Source: Octopus vulgaris
Lineage: Eukaryota
Length of the DNA: 64,000 nt
NCBI GenBank assembly: GCA_951406725.2
Contig: OX597815.1
Span: 179,490,001-179,554,000 of the forward strand
Direction: 5' to 3'
Shown here: in pieces, positions 26,371-40,523 of the stretch
Numbering within the stretch: the stretch's first letter is position 1
How the letters are laid out: each line of letters starts with the position of its first letter
Notes under the pieces: generated by a model
Database searches by the model: none
The model's input: only the letters and a program-made list of their open reading frames with translations
What the model was told of the DNA's origin: nothing
Made by a program: the position numbers and the translations under genes

Positions 26371-26694
26371 AATTGTATAATTAATAAACGATGCATCTAA
26401 TAATAGATATATCACAATTAATGACACTTACAAATCCATTTAAAGCAGTGTTGCTTCCTTAGTCACGTAAGAAGTTGTTAGATGGATATCTATAATCCAT
26501 GGTAGTAGAAAAGAAAAAAAACAGAAACCTAAGCTAAATTGAAAATGCATCGCTCTTCTCTATTAAATTAGTCTATAAGTTACTTTAGACTTTACTTTGT
26601 TCTGCCACGGACATAACCCTGTAAGAACCAGTGCGCTTAGCAGACAGTAATAAGTGTAGGGCGATATATTTCACGTCTATTAGAAGTAAGTGTA

Positions 26695-27140
26695 CAGTAA
26701 TCCTTCGCCATATCGCGGTTCACCTATCGCCGTTTATCATTTAAGCTGCCGTTCAAGAATTTAGACCTGGAGATCTCCGTTTCCAGCGACTTCGAGGGGC
26801 ACCTCCCAGTGGTGTCGGGCGTCAACGAAGAGCCCTCAACTATAACAAGACGACTAAAGTTTTTTTTTTCCAAGGTCTGGGGTCTCCCGCCCCTAAGCCC
26901 TAGATCATCACCTAATCACTCACCCTTACCCGTCTTGTTGCTTAACAACAACAATCATTTAAGCTTACGACGATTCCTCCATGGTGTTGTTTTGCATTTG
27001 TAATAAAATAAATATATACAAATTATAACAATTATACAAAAAATATATACAGTCCAGTACTGTTTCTGCTTCGCGGATTTTCACCTATCACAGGAGGCGG
27101 GGTTTTGAACGTAACACCTGCGATATCCGAGGGATTGCTG
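26695..27140. mobile_element. Tigger/pogo-like MITE
   Basis: TA-CAGTAATCCTTCGCCATATCGC ... GCGATATCCGAGGGATTGCTG-TA; repeated TTCACCTATC subterminal motif. Confidence 0.75.
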
Positions 27141-27772
27141 TATTTTATAACTGATGAGAGCTTTGTTTGTTAGCAACGTCGAATTAAATTCCTCCAGTGA
27201 GTTTTGTTTCATAATGATAGACAAGACCTGCGCCGCTTACATAAATACAAGCAAACCTGACACAGAGATTCACATCACAAATATTGTTTGTATGATTTGA
27301 AACTAACAAGTAGTTACGATGTCAGACAAAACTGAAAAAGCAAATTGAATTCAATAGTATATAATTTTACAGTAAATGCATTTTGAAAAAGTATCAAGAA
27401 ACGAAGAGTAGAATTACTAATTCTACAATTCATGCATCAAATAGCAATATTTTTTTAAATATTAGATATGATCTAGCATTCATTGAAACACTCGCATGAT
27501 ACTGTGTATGGCTTAAATTTATAATTTTATTTATGAAGTGAAACGATTTTATCACGTTCACTTCCTCTCTATGAAAAAGATGTACTTTAATCAATATTAT
27601 TCGTTTAAGCTTCTTAGTTATTTCTATTGACCCGAACTGACATGTTTCAATCCTATTGTTATGGCTCAAACTTTCCTTTTTTTCTTTCGTTCATTGAAAA
27701 CGTATAATTCTGTTATGATTAAACAAAAAGAATGCGCGTGGAGAAGCTGATAAGTTTATCGTTTATTATATA

Positions 27773-28120
27773 CTAGTAGGAGACCCGGCGTTGTCCAGAA
27801 AGCAGTGGCCTGAGGTGGCGGCCACGTTCTTCAAATGAGATCGTAGTAATTCGGAATAGATTTTTAAATTCTGTGTAACAGAGGAAGACGATGAAAAGAA
27901 ATCTTACTGCTGGCAAATCTGAGACAAGCATTTCTTAGCGAAGAATTTCACATAAACAGCGTAACCAGTTTTTCTATTTCGAACATTGATATAAAGGGAA
28001 AGTCCATTGTATAATCTTTCATGTAAGGAACAAAGTTCACCCATTGCAACTGAAACCCGTTCGATGTTTGGCCTTGAGATTTATTGAAGTACACAGCAAA
28101 GCTTAGGAGTAAAGGAATGT
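27773..28120 (-). mobile_element. Helitron 3' end with a remnant of the PIF1-like helicase C-terminus
   Basis: Minus strand 28118-28056 gives IPLLLSFAVYFNKSQGQTSNG (helicase motif FP..L.FA.TINKSQGQT); the 3' end is ..CAACGCCGGGTCTCCTACTAG. Confidence 0.8.
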
Positions 28121-28440
28121 TAGCCTCATCGATAGAAATGAACTACAAACTTATTTGTACAGAATTCCCGTAAAAATGTTCCAAAGAAACTTGTTCTACA
28201 TATTAACAGTGAATGAGATAGGGGAAATAAATATTGAGAGACTTCGTAAGGAAAGGCGAGATAAATGGATCAAGTAATATATAGAAATGTGTCGTGTCAC
28301 GAAAGGAATTAACTTTTAAATATTGATCAATAATGAATCATAAAGGAACTAGAAACGGATTAAGGAAAGCTTATAACTGAATGGAAAGACAGGAGGTGTA
28401 TGAACACCAACAAAGTGTTACAGAATCATTTATCATATTG

Positions 28441-28495
<55 letters not shown>

Positions 28496-28511
28496 TAATA
28501 ATAATAATAGT

Positions 28512-28815
28512 AAGTTTTGACACCAGCATAAGTCAAGACATGACAGAGTTGGTCAATGGTTATTATGTCGGTATTATAAAATCAAACTGTTGACAAGTAA
28601 TATAATCACCACCCTGGGGCTGTAACTGAGGGAGAAAATGTAACGATTCTTTGAGACTTTGCAGTAGATGCAGATAGAACCTTAAAAGCTAATTAACCGC
28701 ATATTGTTTTGAAAAAAGACCAAATTAATAATGTTTGTTTAATGATTGACATGAGTATACGCTGTAATAATGATATTTCGGTAAAAGAACTTGACAAATA
28801 TAGAAAATAGAAATA
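28512..28815 (+). mobile_element. R4/Dong-like non-LTR retrotransposon fragment (restriction-like endonuclease region) after (TAA)n
   Basis: RHDRVGQ..LCRYYKIK..HHPGAVTEGENVTIL*DFAVDADRTLKAN*PHIV..CLMIDMS..DISVKELDKYRK matches the RHD / WD / ANRPDIV / KE.EK..KY motif order; preceded by (TAA)n at 28444-28509. Confidence 0.8.
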
Positions 28816-28817
28816 TA

Positions 28818-28991
28818 GGCGCAGGAGTGGCTGTGTGGGAAGTAGCTTGCTGACCAACCACATGATTCCGGGTTCAGTTCCACTGCGTGGCACCTTGGGC
28901 AAGTGTTTTCTTCTATAGCCTCGGGTTGACCGAAGCCTTGTGAGTGGATTTGGTAGACGGAAAAAGAAAGAAACCCGTCGTATACACTCAC

Positions 28992-29030
<39 letters not shown>

Positions 29031-29278
29031 AACACACACACACACGCGCACATATATATATATATATATATATGTATATGTGGGAACAGAACGTCACGAA
29101 ATGTACAAGAAAAAAGTACATGGAATACGAGTACATGGAATATGAACTATTTTGGGGGCAAAAGATATCCGATAGAATAATTACTAGGCTTACAAAGAAT
29201 AAGTGCTGGGGTCGATTTGTTCGACTGAATGCGGTACTCCAGCATGGCCGCAGTCAAATGACTGAAACAAATAAAAAA
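28818..29278 (+). mobile_element. SINE family B
   Basis: Full head GGCGCAGGAGTGGCTGTGTGG and tail; part of the 3' half is replaced by other sequence. Confidence 0.85.
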
Positions 29279-29813
29279 AATTCTATATTGAATTATGAAA
29301 GACATGATAGAACTTAAAAGACATAAGGGATGGACAGATATAATTGAATGTCACAGAAACACACTGCGATTGGGAACAATAATAAAATTGTTTTTATGAG
29401 CAATTGTTTAGTAATTTTCCAGTCAAGAGAGCACAAACACACATTCAAAAATTATGCATTGTGTCAGACATTTTCACTATTGTAAACGTTCGAATATTTC
29501 TGAAGATATTTAAAAATTGATCGTTGTTAACTCGGAAATATAAAAGTGAGGCAAATGTCAAGTCAAGAAAGACTCTTCAAAAGAAAAGAAAAAGAAATGG
29601 AGTAACTTCAATCGCTCTTATAATCAAATTAAATCTTTACTTAGCTCATTTGAGCAAAATATCATTTCGATGGGTATATACGATCAATCCATTACATTCG
29701 ATGGCCCAGCCACCGAACGACTGGATAAAAGATCAGCAGTGGATGTTCTAAATCGGCGATGTTTTGACTCGTAGATAACTTTGTAACCAACACATTCATC
29801 TAGAAATAGCTCA

Positions 29814-30254
29814 GGATCTTTTCGGTTTGACCAGGAGTTTTTTAAAATAATTTCCACGTAACTAAACACTTTTAAACTTCGTATACTGGTAGAATGTGTT
29901 TATAAAACATCTTTTTCTCTTGGCTTTATTGAGAAAATTCTATAGTTTGTAAGATATTTGTTGTTTTTTTTCTTCAATTTCTGCAATTTCCACCAATCAA
30001 TGACGTCTATTGAGGTGAAAACATTCTGTGCCGTATGAATATGTCCCTCGTTTAAGAAACAGATTGGGTTTATTTACATTTGTGAAGAAAAAAAGATACC
30101 CTTCCCTCCACCCCTAACCCTAACCCTAACTATAACTCTAACCCTAACCCTAAAACAGATTGAAATGCAATAGATCGATACTAGGGTCATAATTATGGGT
30201 GACAATTTCATATGACACCGCTAGAAAAAACTGCCGTTCAAACCTAAAAGATCC
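29814..30254 (+). mobile_element. MITE with GGATC TIRs, 8-bp TSD and internal CCCTAA repeats (Merlin-like)
   Basis: GGATCTTTTCGGTTTGA...TCAAACCTAAAAGATCC; TSD ATAGCTCA at 29806-29813 and 30255-30262; telomere-like repeats at 30112-30153. Confidence 0.85.
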
Positions 30255-32511
30255 ATAGCTCAATCTATCAAGCTCTTAACGTGATAGCAAAACTTGTTAT
30301 AAACAGCAAAACACGACCTTATTTATGATTGTTTCATTTGCTTGCCGGGTGTATTTTATTTCTTTCAATATTCGCTCGACTAAATTGATTTGTCCTACAT
30401 GTAGCATATGAAAGCGAGACATTGAGTTATATATCAACGACCTGCTTTTAGGAGTCACGATATAATAATATCCATTTAATTAAGCATATTCATTATCTAA
30501 TCAACCTAGACACAAATTCAGTATTTGGGCCCACATAAAGAGAACAGAAATTAATTACATTAAATCTTTTAACCGTCATTCAATATATCGATCATTTCGA
30601 CGGAGCTAATCAACTGAATGGAAGTTTCGTGTAGATAAGGCTAAACCAATAGAAGGATAAACTGATTATTAAATCCTTTACCGTAATCGGTTTCATTTCC
30701 TTGTTTTCTAAGTTTTGATCACCTGTGGTTCTACTTCTCATTTTTGTTCCGGTGTCACTGGGCTAGTAATTAGGAATGCTGAAATACAGTCGGCGTGAGT
30801 GGAAAGGTAAATCAATAAACGATAAAATCGATATCCCCTTTTATTAGCTTAGCCATTTAATCAAGCTAAACCAGGCTAATACTGCAGACAACAGCAGTGT
30901 AGTTTCAAAGGCCGAAATGTAATCTTCTATAACACCAATGAGCATGGAACTAATATACGAGTGAAAGGTTAAATATTTGGAACTGGAAGACGAAATCTTT
31001 TAAAAGGAATGAAGAAATACGTCATCGAAATAGAAACCTCTGGAGATTAATAGTTCGTTTTTGATAAAACAAAGTTTTTTGGAAAACAAGTATTTATTGG
31101 GATAATCAGGCTTCTCCTAATGGTACGTAAAATGAAATGGCATTAACTAGATCTTCTATTGACAGTTTAATATAGCTGAAAGCTTGAAAGCTTAATTTTC
31201 TCTGGTGAAGACTGAGATTTTAGGAGATTAATTAGCTTTGAAATAGTAAACAAAAATACAGCAGCCAGGAAATGTAGATATTTCTAGATAATATCTAGTT
31301 TATACTTAAGTGAATTAAAATATGGACAATTTAAACAATTAAACTTCGATTTTTTATCTGGTTTGTAAGATTCTTAATGTGAATTCATGTGTTGAAACAA
31401 ATGTTGTGTCTCGAGAGGGTCATTACGCAAATAATAATAAACACTTGCACTGGTTCAATACTACTTCTTTACAGTCAGTCAATTGGTTAAATATCAAACA
31501 AACTAACCAGTAGATCGTTTGTTTAATGCACTGGTTAAACAATCAATTATTTGTTTTTTCGTCAAGTTTCTTTCGTCGCTGTTCACGATCTTTTTAGTGA
31601 CTTGCCCCCGCTTTCACTGAAACAATTAAATTTATTTGGAAACTGACTGCGTCGAGAAGAAATATGATTAAAATTTGAACACTTGATAGAAATGTTACAT
31701 AATCTGTAATAAAAAGGAAGACAATAAAAGTTATTTTCGGGAGCACAAAAAAGTGTTATATTCATTTTCTTTGATGTGCTTTATCTAGAATGTCACGGTT
31801 CTTGCTTTTCTACAAAGAATTTTTTTCTAAATACACGGCATGGTAAAACATTAAGCATATTTTTTTGGTGCCTCACTGGAAAAATGCCAGTCCTGCTGCT
31901 TCAAACTCAATGCATAACAAAAATTACTTGGTGTCATAGCAATTTATCTATGATTCCAAGTATAGATATTTCACTAGAAAAAATTCCAATAGTTCTCTGA
32001 AAATCCATTCCAGAATATTTCTTTCTTCGCGTTTAAAACTTCTTTAAAAATATTAACAATACATTTTCCAATTAATATACAGTAATATCCTTTTAATTTT
32101 TAACATTTTATTTTCTACATATTAAACCAGTTGAACGTAATTTTGAAAGAAATATTTTAAGCATTGAAATTTTCTTGACAGGAATGGTAAAATATTTGTG
32201 ATAATGATTTCTATAAATATCTTATAGAAATTTCCAACGAAGTGGGATCTAATCCAAATGCTATAAAGGAAGAAGTTTCTGTGAATCAGATAGAAATTCA
32301 ATTCTCACTTGAAGCCAATTTTATGTCAGTATTCTTTATAACAGCAACGCAGTTCTTGGTTTCCTTTCTTTCCACTATGAAAGATCAAACTCAAAAAAAT
32401 TGACCTAAAAACAACACATTCTCTATTCGAAGTAAACTAATGCTTTTTTGAACAGTTTCTTCTAAACTGTTTCCATTTAAGCAGGACATATAAAAAAAAA
32501 AACTTCAAATA

Positions 32512-33040
32512 GGCGCATGAGTGGCTAGTGGTAAGTAGCTTGCTTACCAACCACATGGTTCCGGGTTCAGTCTTCTACTATAGCCTCGGGTTGACCAAAG
32601 CCATGTGAGTGGATTTGGTAGACGGAAACTGAAAGAGGCCCGTTGTATATATATATATATATATATGTAGTTAATCCAAACATGAAAACACAACAATGCG
32701 AGGACGTGGAACAAATATAGTATTATTGGACGCCCAGGAAGGAAGGGAAGAAGGAGGGTTTTACGTTTCGAGCGGAGCTCTTCGTCAGAAACATAGGAAA
32801 AGGAAAGATTCAGAGAAGGGAATGTATATGTTTGTGTGTCTATGTTTGTTCCCCTCAACATCGCTTGACAACCAATGCTGGTGTGTTTACGTCCCTGTCA
32901 CTTACCGGTTCGGCAAGAAGAACCGATAGAATAAGTACTAGACTTACAAAGAATAAGTCCTGGGGTCGATTTGCTCGACTAAAGGCGGTGCACCAGCATG
33001 GCCACAATCAAATGACTGAAACAAATAAAGGAATAAAAGA
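32512..33040 (+). mobile_element. SINE family B interrupted in its central (TA)n by a family H2 hammerhead fragment (32670-32820)
   Basis: The SINE 5' and 3' halves flank an insert that matches 697-860. Confidence 0.85.
32758..32792 (-). ncRNA. Minimal type I hammerhead ribozyme, fully intact
   Basis: GTTT-CTGACGA-A-GAGC-TCC-GCTC-GAAAC-GTA-AAAC: all pairs and the core are conserved; palindromic ACGT stem III. Confidence 0.8.
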
Positions 33041-36000
33041 ATTAAAAAAAATATGAACAAAATAAATTTGCTTCTCTACTGTTCCTCCATTAGTGCCTCT
33101 GGTCTTAGGTGTATTCAACCAGCCTTTACTGATTCTCACATATCTTGAAATGTTTTAATGGTTCCTTTTATGACAGTGCAATAACGAATACGTCGTCGCC
33201 CAAACGAACCACCTCTTGAAAAGCAGATTAAACCGTTTGCTCTGTTTTCGTCTACCTTCGGAAATGATTCTAATTCATGGCACAAAACATCAGGCGAAAA
33301 GCACCCAATACACATTTCAAATACATCCAATCCACCTTCACCGTTTATCTAATGAGACAACTTCTCAGCGGCTTTATACGGTAACAGCTAAATAAAACTT
33401 GGTTCATTAACAGCTTTTTAGTCATCTAAATATAAATAATAAATCGAAGTTTCCAGGTTCTCTTATATTGATTTTCATTTATTTTTAAACATATTTGAAA
33501 ACAATGCTTAACTATTTCTATCGGGTCGTTTATTTCGGGTGCAATACGGTTGAGTTTTTTTGCCGAGGCTTTACATATTCTATCGGAAATGATTTTTCAA
33601 AAATAACATTTCTTACTCTCCTACCATCACCACCACCAACAACAGCAGCAACAGCAACAACAATAACAGCAGCAGCAGCAGCAGCAGCAATAGTAATGAT
33701 TGACTTTATTTGCCATATATGACGAGGGAAAAATGTCGATTAACGAGAAAGACGAGATAGAAAGTAAATTTAGCAAAAAAAAAAAAAAATTGTAAACAAT
33801 TTTAGAAAGACACGGGGAAAGATTTTAACTTGGTTAAATCAAAAAACCTCACAGATCCAGAATCAGCACCAAAATTTAGGTTTTTTTCTCTAACATAACA
33901 TTCTCGTCCAGTGTTTTTAAACTAGCGTCGACATACTGAACACAAGTCTACACAAAGGTAAAATGCCTTTCAAATGTGTAAATTAGATGCACTCTTAATA
34001 AAGTGTCCATTTAATAGCTAAGAATACAAAAGCAATAATTTCAAGCCTTTCCAGCCAAAATCTTATTTCACCACAAGAAACACTATAGTTTCTTACTTAA
34101 TTTAGTAAAGTTTTGAAACAAATCATTGACGATGCATCATTTTGCAGAGCAACAGACATTTAAAGTGAATTCTTTCTAGAAAGTTATCTACTTTCTTAGG
34201 ACCATTGTATGTACTAGAATTTCTATTATATCAAATGGTATTTCATGGCGGACAAAGATTATTTTCACTTTGGAAATTCTATAAGAATTATGCAACAAAC
34301 ATTTGCAAGAGTAACAAAACAAGAACTCTAAAAATATTTTCTGTTTATTTAGTCTCTGTATACGTACAAGGCACCGACTACAAACGTTCGTTAAGTGAAT
34401 ACAAACTTACAAACGATTTGTTGGAAAATACTATGTAACCCGATTCTAAAGTCCCTTCTGTCCACTGAATTCAGTTTACGCTCCGCCTCATTATTCCTAA
34501 CATCTACGTTGTTCTGTTGTATCTGGGGAGAGTCATTTTCTTTTTGTGCCTTATAATTTAACACACTCACCGGTAAAATTTCCTCTTATTTCTTATTTTT
34601 ATTTTTATATTTATTTATTTTTTTTTTTGTTCAAGGTGAGCGTAAGACACATTAATCGTAAGGATCTTCAATGCGACATGGATTAAATGGAATTTTACAA
34701 AAGACTCATCTGATACCACAAAGGATGGCCTAAGTTCCCATGCTACTTCTGCAACCGAAATATTTGATGTTTCTGGGATTCACGGTTTCAGCTTTTTTGC
34801 ATTTGTATTTTATGAAGTTTTTAATCGATTCGCACACACACACGTCTTCAGCGATCTTGCTGATAACAATAATGATGAAACAATGACGATAGTAATGACT
34901 GACGATGATAAGGAAGATGATGATGATGAGGAGGAGGAGGAGGATTATGATGATAATGTCATCTTCATTAGTCATCATCGTTATAGGGAAGAGGTGATAC
35001 TAGACGAGGAAGACCACGGCATCGGAGACGTCAATGACAAAACGCCGTTCGTACCCAGGTCACATATTTCACGGATCCTAGACTAGATCACATGCAGTCA
35101 AGATCGACACCAGCTATTTATCTTGTCAAGATATGGGACATCATTATCGAACGACGATGAAACAAAGAACACGATGGGCGAAGGAAATGAATTCAAAACT
35201 GATCTCGTATCTTACTGGCGGTCAGTGTGATGATACAGGAAGCGAATATACGCATATCTATTGCATGTCTGACAAGTCATAAAACACAAATACTCCGTGA
35301 TACGGACAATACAGGAACACAACAAAAGAGGATATTGGAGGAGGAAATTAGAATTAGAAATCTTGGTTTTAGACGTCAAATAAAACAATTATTTTATTAA
35401 AGCTGTGTTAAAAGGAAATGTTATGAGTTGCGTTACTGACAGTTATGATGACAATATTATTTAGAGCACCATTTATGAAAGTATTATTAATGATGTGTAT
35501 TATGCCAATGGGCATATTATTAGCAATGTTTATATTGTAGCTATTACTTGTGTCAAATACCGCTTACACATTTCTTACGTGCAAGCCACACAACTGAATG
35601 AATCCCGCCACATGTCAACTGAATTAGAAGCTAAAATTATTCCCATGAATGTAGATATTATTTTAGAAGACTCTCTTAAAAACCAGCTAAGATGACGAGA
35701 TGCCATAACAATTTTCAAAAGGAAATTCTTCAGAATATTTCAATGCTCATTAATACATTTCAGCGAAGTGATTACTTTTATGCCTGCATACTCACAAGCC
35801 AAACGCTGGGGGCAAAATAAACAATGTAACGTAACAAGAGATTAAATAACCAACCCAGATTGAACGATTGGGAGAATGGCTGATTACATACTCCGTGTAC
35901 GGAAAGGATGGCAGTAGATACGCTTTCCATCCAAAAGTAAGAAATATATGATAAGTACAATATAAACAACGAGCAAACACGATTGAGAACACCAGACTAT

Positions 36001-37134
36001 TTAAAAGTAAAGATGTTTAGTTCAGATTATAAATTTAAAAGTTATAGCCGTAGAGGAAAGCGGTTATCTGAAAGTTATGCCTTTGAAATCAACCCGAAAA
36101 AATTGTATACAGAATACGCAATAACAAGATAGAAGTAAATAAGAAACTCAATAAAGGAAAGATAGAAACATTTTGGAAATAATATCCAGTTATAAAATTA
36201 GGTAACAGTATTAAAAATTGAAAGACTTTCTCCCATTAGAGGATTTGGAATGCGAACAATGGTTGGCATTGAGAATATTCAGAACTATTGTAGATTGTCA
36301 TTTGACATACCGCATGGCCAGTCAATGCGTATCTTCGCCGCCTTCGGAAATGTTCTTGATCAGGTATTTGGATGGTTTCCTACCAGCAGCATATCAATAA
36401 ACCCACCCACATCCCATGAAAATGCCAACAAACAGTCTATTTAGCTCCATTGAATTACTTGTATATCTTTAATTTAAAATCTACTCCCCGAAATATTATT
36501 CAATAATATAATTGTACATTTACAAATATAGTCTCAGTAGAACGAAAATGATGAATGAATGCACACAGGGACAACATAACACTACGTACGGAAACTGGGC
36601 AAATGGAAATGGAAAATAGATACTTTAACTGGGTAAAAGAAATCCTTAAGAACTTATTTCAATTACAAACATATTTGTGCCATTGACGCATTTACGGTGC
36701 TAACCATAACATGGCCCAATACTGACACAACAGTAGTAGTAATAGTAATAGTAATAGTGATAGTAATAGAAGAAATTTACTAAAATCTATCATGCATTTC
36801 ACAATAAATTGAAAGACCCACAGAAAAACTTGGAAAGGGAACATTGAAGTCAGGAAGCAATTTAAGACGGTAGTTGTTAATGTTGTTCATTAGATTCCCA
36901 TCTCATAAAAAGACATGCTGTATTCAGACCTGTTTTTATCGATTTAGCAAATCGATCACAGAAAGAAATCGGATTGGATTTCAAACAACTAAACTCTAAA
37001 GCCAAAGCAGAAACAAATATATTGATGGCAATTGAGAGAACACTAGGAGTAACCGTGAAAACAAGTCTTTTGATACCAATATTAAACTGGATCCTCATAC
37101 AAAAATATAATGCTAACTAACTAGATAAACAAAT

Positions 37135-37305
37135 CCGGTCTGTATGAGACAACAGAAGATACAACATTGTTCACAGTAGTTGCAGGCCATTACTGCTTCA
37201 TCTGTTGGAGAGAATAGTAACAATTTATACAACAAGCATGATGAATATCACCTGTATTGTGTAATGGTTGAAATGATACACCACATTGTATCAGAATGTC
37301 TTACA
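37135..37305 (+). mobile_element. Highly decayed R4/Dong-like CCHC zinc-knuckle remnant
   Basis: NKSGLYETTE.. and HLYCVMVEMIHHIVSECL resemble SGLK.ETE.. and CR.C....ETI.HIVS.C. Confidence 0.4.
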
Positions 37306-37608
37306 TGAACTCTGACAAAAAAAGTTTACCCGCTTCTTCATCCAACTGCAACTTCAAAGAATTAGAGAAGTGTAACATTTATCTGTAGTCCAATAAATAA
37401 TTAATCGCGCAAGGACATATTTGTTTAATTGAAAACGATGAAGCTTAGGAATGTATCTCTCATCCTATCTGAAATTAAACAGGAATCATTCCAAAAAATG
37501 GATGTAAAACGGGTTACTGTCTCCTTGCTAACAATTAATATTTACATACCATTGCCAGGAATATTTTTATTACGGAGAGGGAGCACTAAACAGTGATAAG
37601 TAATATTT

Positions 37609-37886
37609 TAATGTTATTATCAGTCCGAATATACTTGAGGCACGTTCGAACTGGGGAAGAAGATACTCACTGCGTTTTGTCGCGGAGAATATATCTCGCT
37701 TGTTGACAAATGGTGTGTATACACCGAGATCAGCTCGCAGCGCCACCTACCCAGACTGTGAGATGCTAACATTTCTGAGTACTGACACTAGGCAGACGAT
37801 GCTATGAGATGATTGAAGGGATTGAGTCTGTTATGCTTGTCCCCCAGTTCGAACGTGTATCAAGCATATTCGGATTGATAACATTA
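37609..37886. mobile_element. MITE with ~45-bp imperfect TIRs
   Basis: TTATCAGTCCGAATATACTTGAGGCACGTTCGAACTGGGG pairs with CCCCAGTTCGAACGTGTATCAAGCATATTCGGATTGATAA; a related fragment lies at about 15700-15730. Confidence 0.75.
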
Positions 37887-40478
37887 CAAGGAATATGCTT
37901 GAAGTTTGCATATCTACCCGTTACCCATTTTTGTATCACCGATCACATTGTTTACATAGACGTATTCGTGAATGAAACATCGTAACTTTCAATACAGGCT
38001 CTGAATTCTATAAAAACATCTGTTGAAATAAACTTAAAAATAAACTGTATATGAAAGGCAGTTTAAAATTTTTATCGCTGCGCTTTTCTCTGTAAAACAA
38101 AACTACGACAAAGTACTCGTGGAAAATTTAAGGGAAAATAATTCTCATCTGATCGTAACGTTCACTCAAAAACTCGGAACTTAAAAGACATATTCTGAAA
38201 GCTTAAAATGAAAAATATCGATGAAATATCGACTTAAGAGAATTTATAGCTGAAATAGACTAAAAAAGTAACAACATTGAGAATACAGACCTCGAACAAA
38301 CACTTCATACGCAAAAAACGATTAAAGCAAACAAGAAAAGATCAAAGCCAGGCCATACAACTTGAACAGAATATTGACTAAACAAGAAAAGAAAGAAAGA
38401 AAACATAGAACAACTAAAAATAGAAAGTTAGGGATATTTAAAAATGGAAGTCAAGAGCTCAGAAATAAGGTAAAAGTTCTAAAATCTGAAGCATTACAAT
38501 CAGTAGATATTTCTAGGGACCAACAGAAGTGTCCCCAAAATAAAACTAAACGATAAAATAATTAACAACTATGAATAACATAAGTGTAAACGTCATTGAA
38601 ACCATGAAAATAATATTGACTTATTGGTATGTGGTATTTCGTTATGCAACCATAATATACTATAAATATATATTAAACGTTTTTAGAAGTCAACACCACG
38701 TTCTACTGTGTTAGCAGTGCAATTTTACATTATTTTGTGACGGTTCTTTCTACAGATATTTTATAGAAATTATAGCCAGCAGTTGTTTGTGTTACTACGT
38801 TTCGTATACGAGATGTAAACAAACAATGAGATCGAAGATGAAAATGGGTAATAGGCGGATATGCCATATTTCAGGGGATAACGCAAATAGATGAAATATT
38901 ACTACATAAAAACACTAATATTTTTTAATCAAAATACCAACTTCATCAGACGACGATATATTTCAGAAAGGAATGGCAGAGAATATCCAAAAGCCAGTTG
39001 AAATAGAGACTATCACTTCAGCAATAACCACTTTAGAAATCGTAGTATCCAAGTAACAAGACTTGGAATATATAGGAGACAAAATCCAGCATCAAAACGC
39101 TAAACAGTAGAATATTTTCGATAGAATCGGAAAAGCAAAGAATGAAAATCATGAAACAAAATCAGAGCTTTGCATTGCGGATAGCGAAGGGAGAGAGAAT
39201 GACGTTCGGCTGCGAAGTGCAATGAGGTAGTAAAATTTAAACTATAGAAATAATAATACTACGCTTAATGATAAACCAAAATATCATTCTGTTATCATTT
39301 ATAATTGTTGGTACTTACACAGACACACATAGACACACACACACTCACACACACACACAGACACACACATAAATCTATGAACAGATTAACCAGTTAATGC
39401 TATAAATTATAATAATGGAATTATTATCGCGTACTTCACAGTACTTTATTGAATGTTGTGTCGTCTTAGTGATATAATTAACAACTTCCTGACGACATAC
39501 ATACATATATACACGCATACACACATACGTTTATGTATGTGTGTGTGTTGTGCGCATGTGTGGCTTATCGTTTATTTATTTATTTATTTATTTATTTCTC
39601 CCTATGCCTTCCTCTTTTCCTCTCTCATTCCCTCATCTTTTTCTCTTTCGACTTTTCATATTGACCGATCTTGGCAACCACTTGCAACAAGCATTTCTTC
39701 TCTTTGAATCTATCTGTGCTTTTCAAATGCTTGCTTTTCGTTCTATATAAGAGTGATTATGATTACAGCAGTAGGTCATTTATAAAATGTGAAAACCTCT
39801 TGGATCGTCTTAAACATGATATTTTCTTAGAATAATCAAATATCAAATTACCGTCTCCTTCACCTACGATTTTATCTCTTTCTTCCCCTTTTCTTTTTTA
39901 TCGTTATCCTTGTTCTCTTAATTTTCTTCTTCGTTCTTCCCATCTTCATTTTCTTTATTTTATTCCTTTTCTTTTCGCCTTCTTTCGGCTTATTTTCTCC
40001 TTTGTCTCTGCCAGACACACTCGAATTATTGCCACCGTTTATTCACCCCCACCTTTCAACCCAAACAAAAATACATAAGAAAAAAAAAACCCAAAATAAA
40101 TTATACCAACGCAACTTTTATGATTTTCACTGCGAGAACTAATATTTTCATACTCTACTTAAAGCCTCCTTATATAAGTGCTTCATTTAAAAAGTATGAG
40201 CAGCCAAACACTTCGTCTTCTTTTAAGAACGACAACACACAAAACTTCTAAGTGACTGTCAACAGTGTTTTCTTGAGACAATAAACGCTGTGTTATATCT
40301 TAATGTATTCAATGGTACTTCGGTTGAAATTTGATTATCGTTACAGATATATTCTTATATAGCAGCACACTTCACATGCACATAGCACGCTGGATAACGG
40401 AGGCATACTCACACACACATATATATATATATATGTTCAAACACACATACACACAACACACACACATGTATATAACAA

Positions 40479-40514
<36 letters not shown>

Positions 40515-40523
<9 letters not shown>

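Noticed and set aside
27148-27185. CTGATGA-GAGCT..AGC-AACGTC, hammerhead-like
   Set aside because: The GAAA core is missing and stem I is unconvincing; at best a heavily decayed relic.
30112-30153. Telomere or chromosome-fusion scar
   Set aside because: The repeats lie inside a TIR/TSD-bounded MITE that occurs three times in the window.
33179-33380. AG..GT-bounded open frame (CNNEYVVAQTNHLL...)
   Set aside because: No recognisable domain and no partner exons; cannot be supported.
35153-35215. KQRTRWAKEMNSKLISY, resembling the R4/Dong N-terminal R.KWT.E.N motif
   Set aside because: Too short and isolated to call, although compatible with the decayed fragment at 37135-37305.
36293-36363. Candidate micro-exon LSFDIPHGQSMRIFAAFGNVLDQ
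   Set aside because: Weak acceptor and no recognisable homology.
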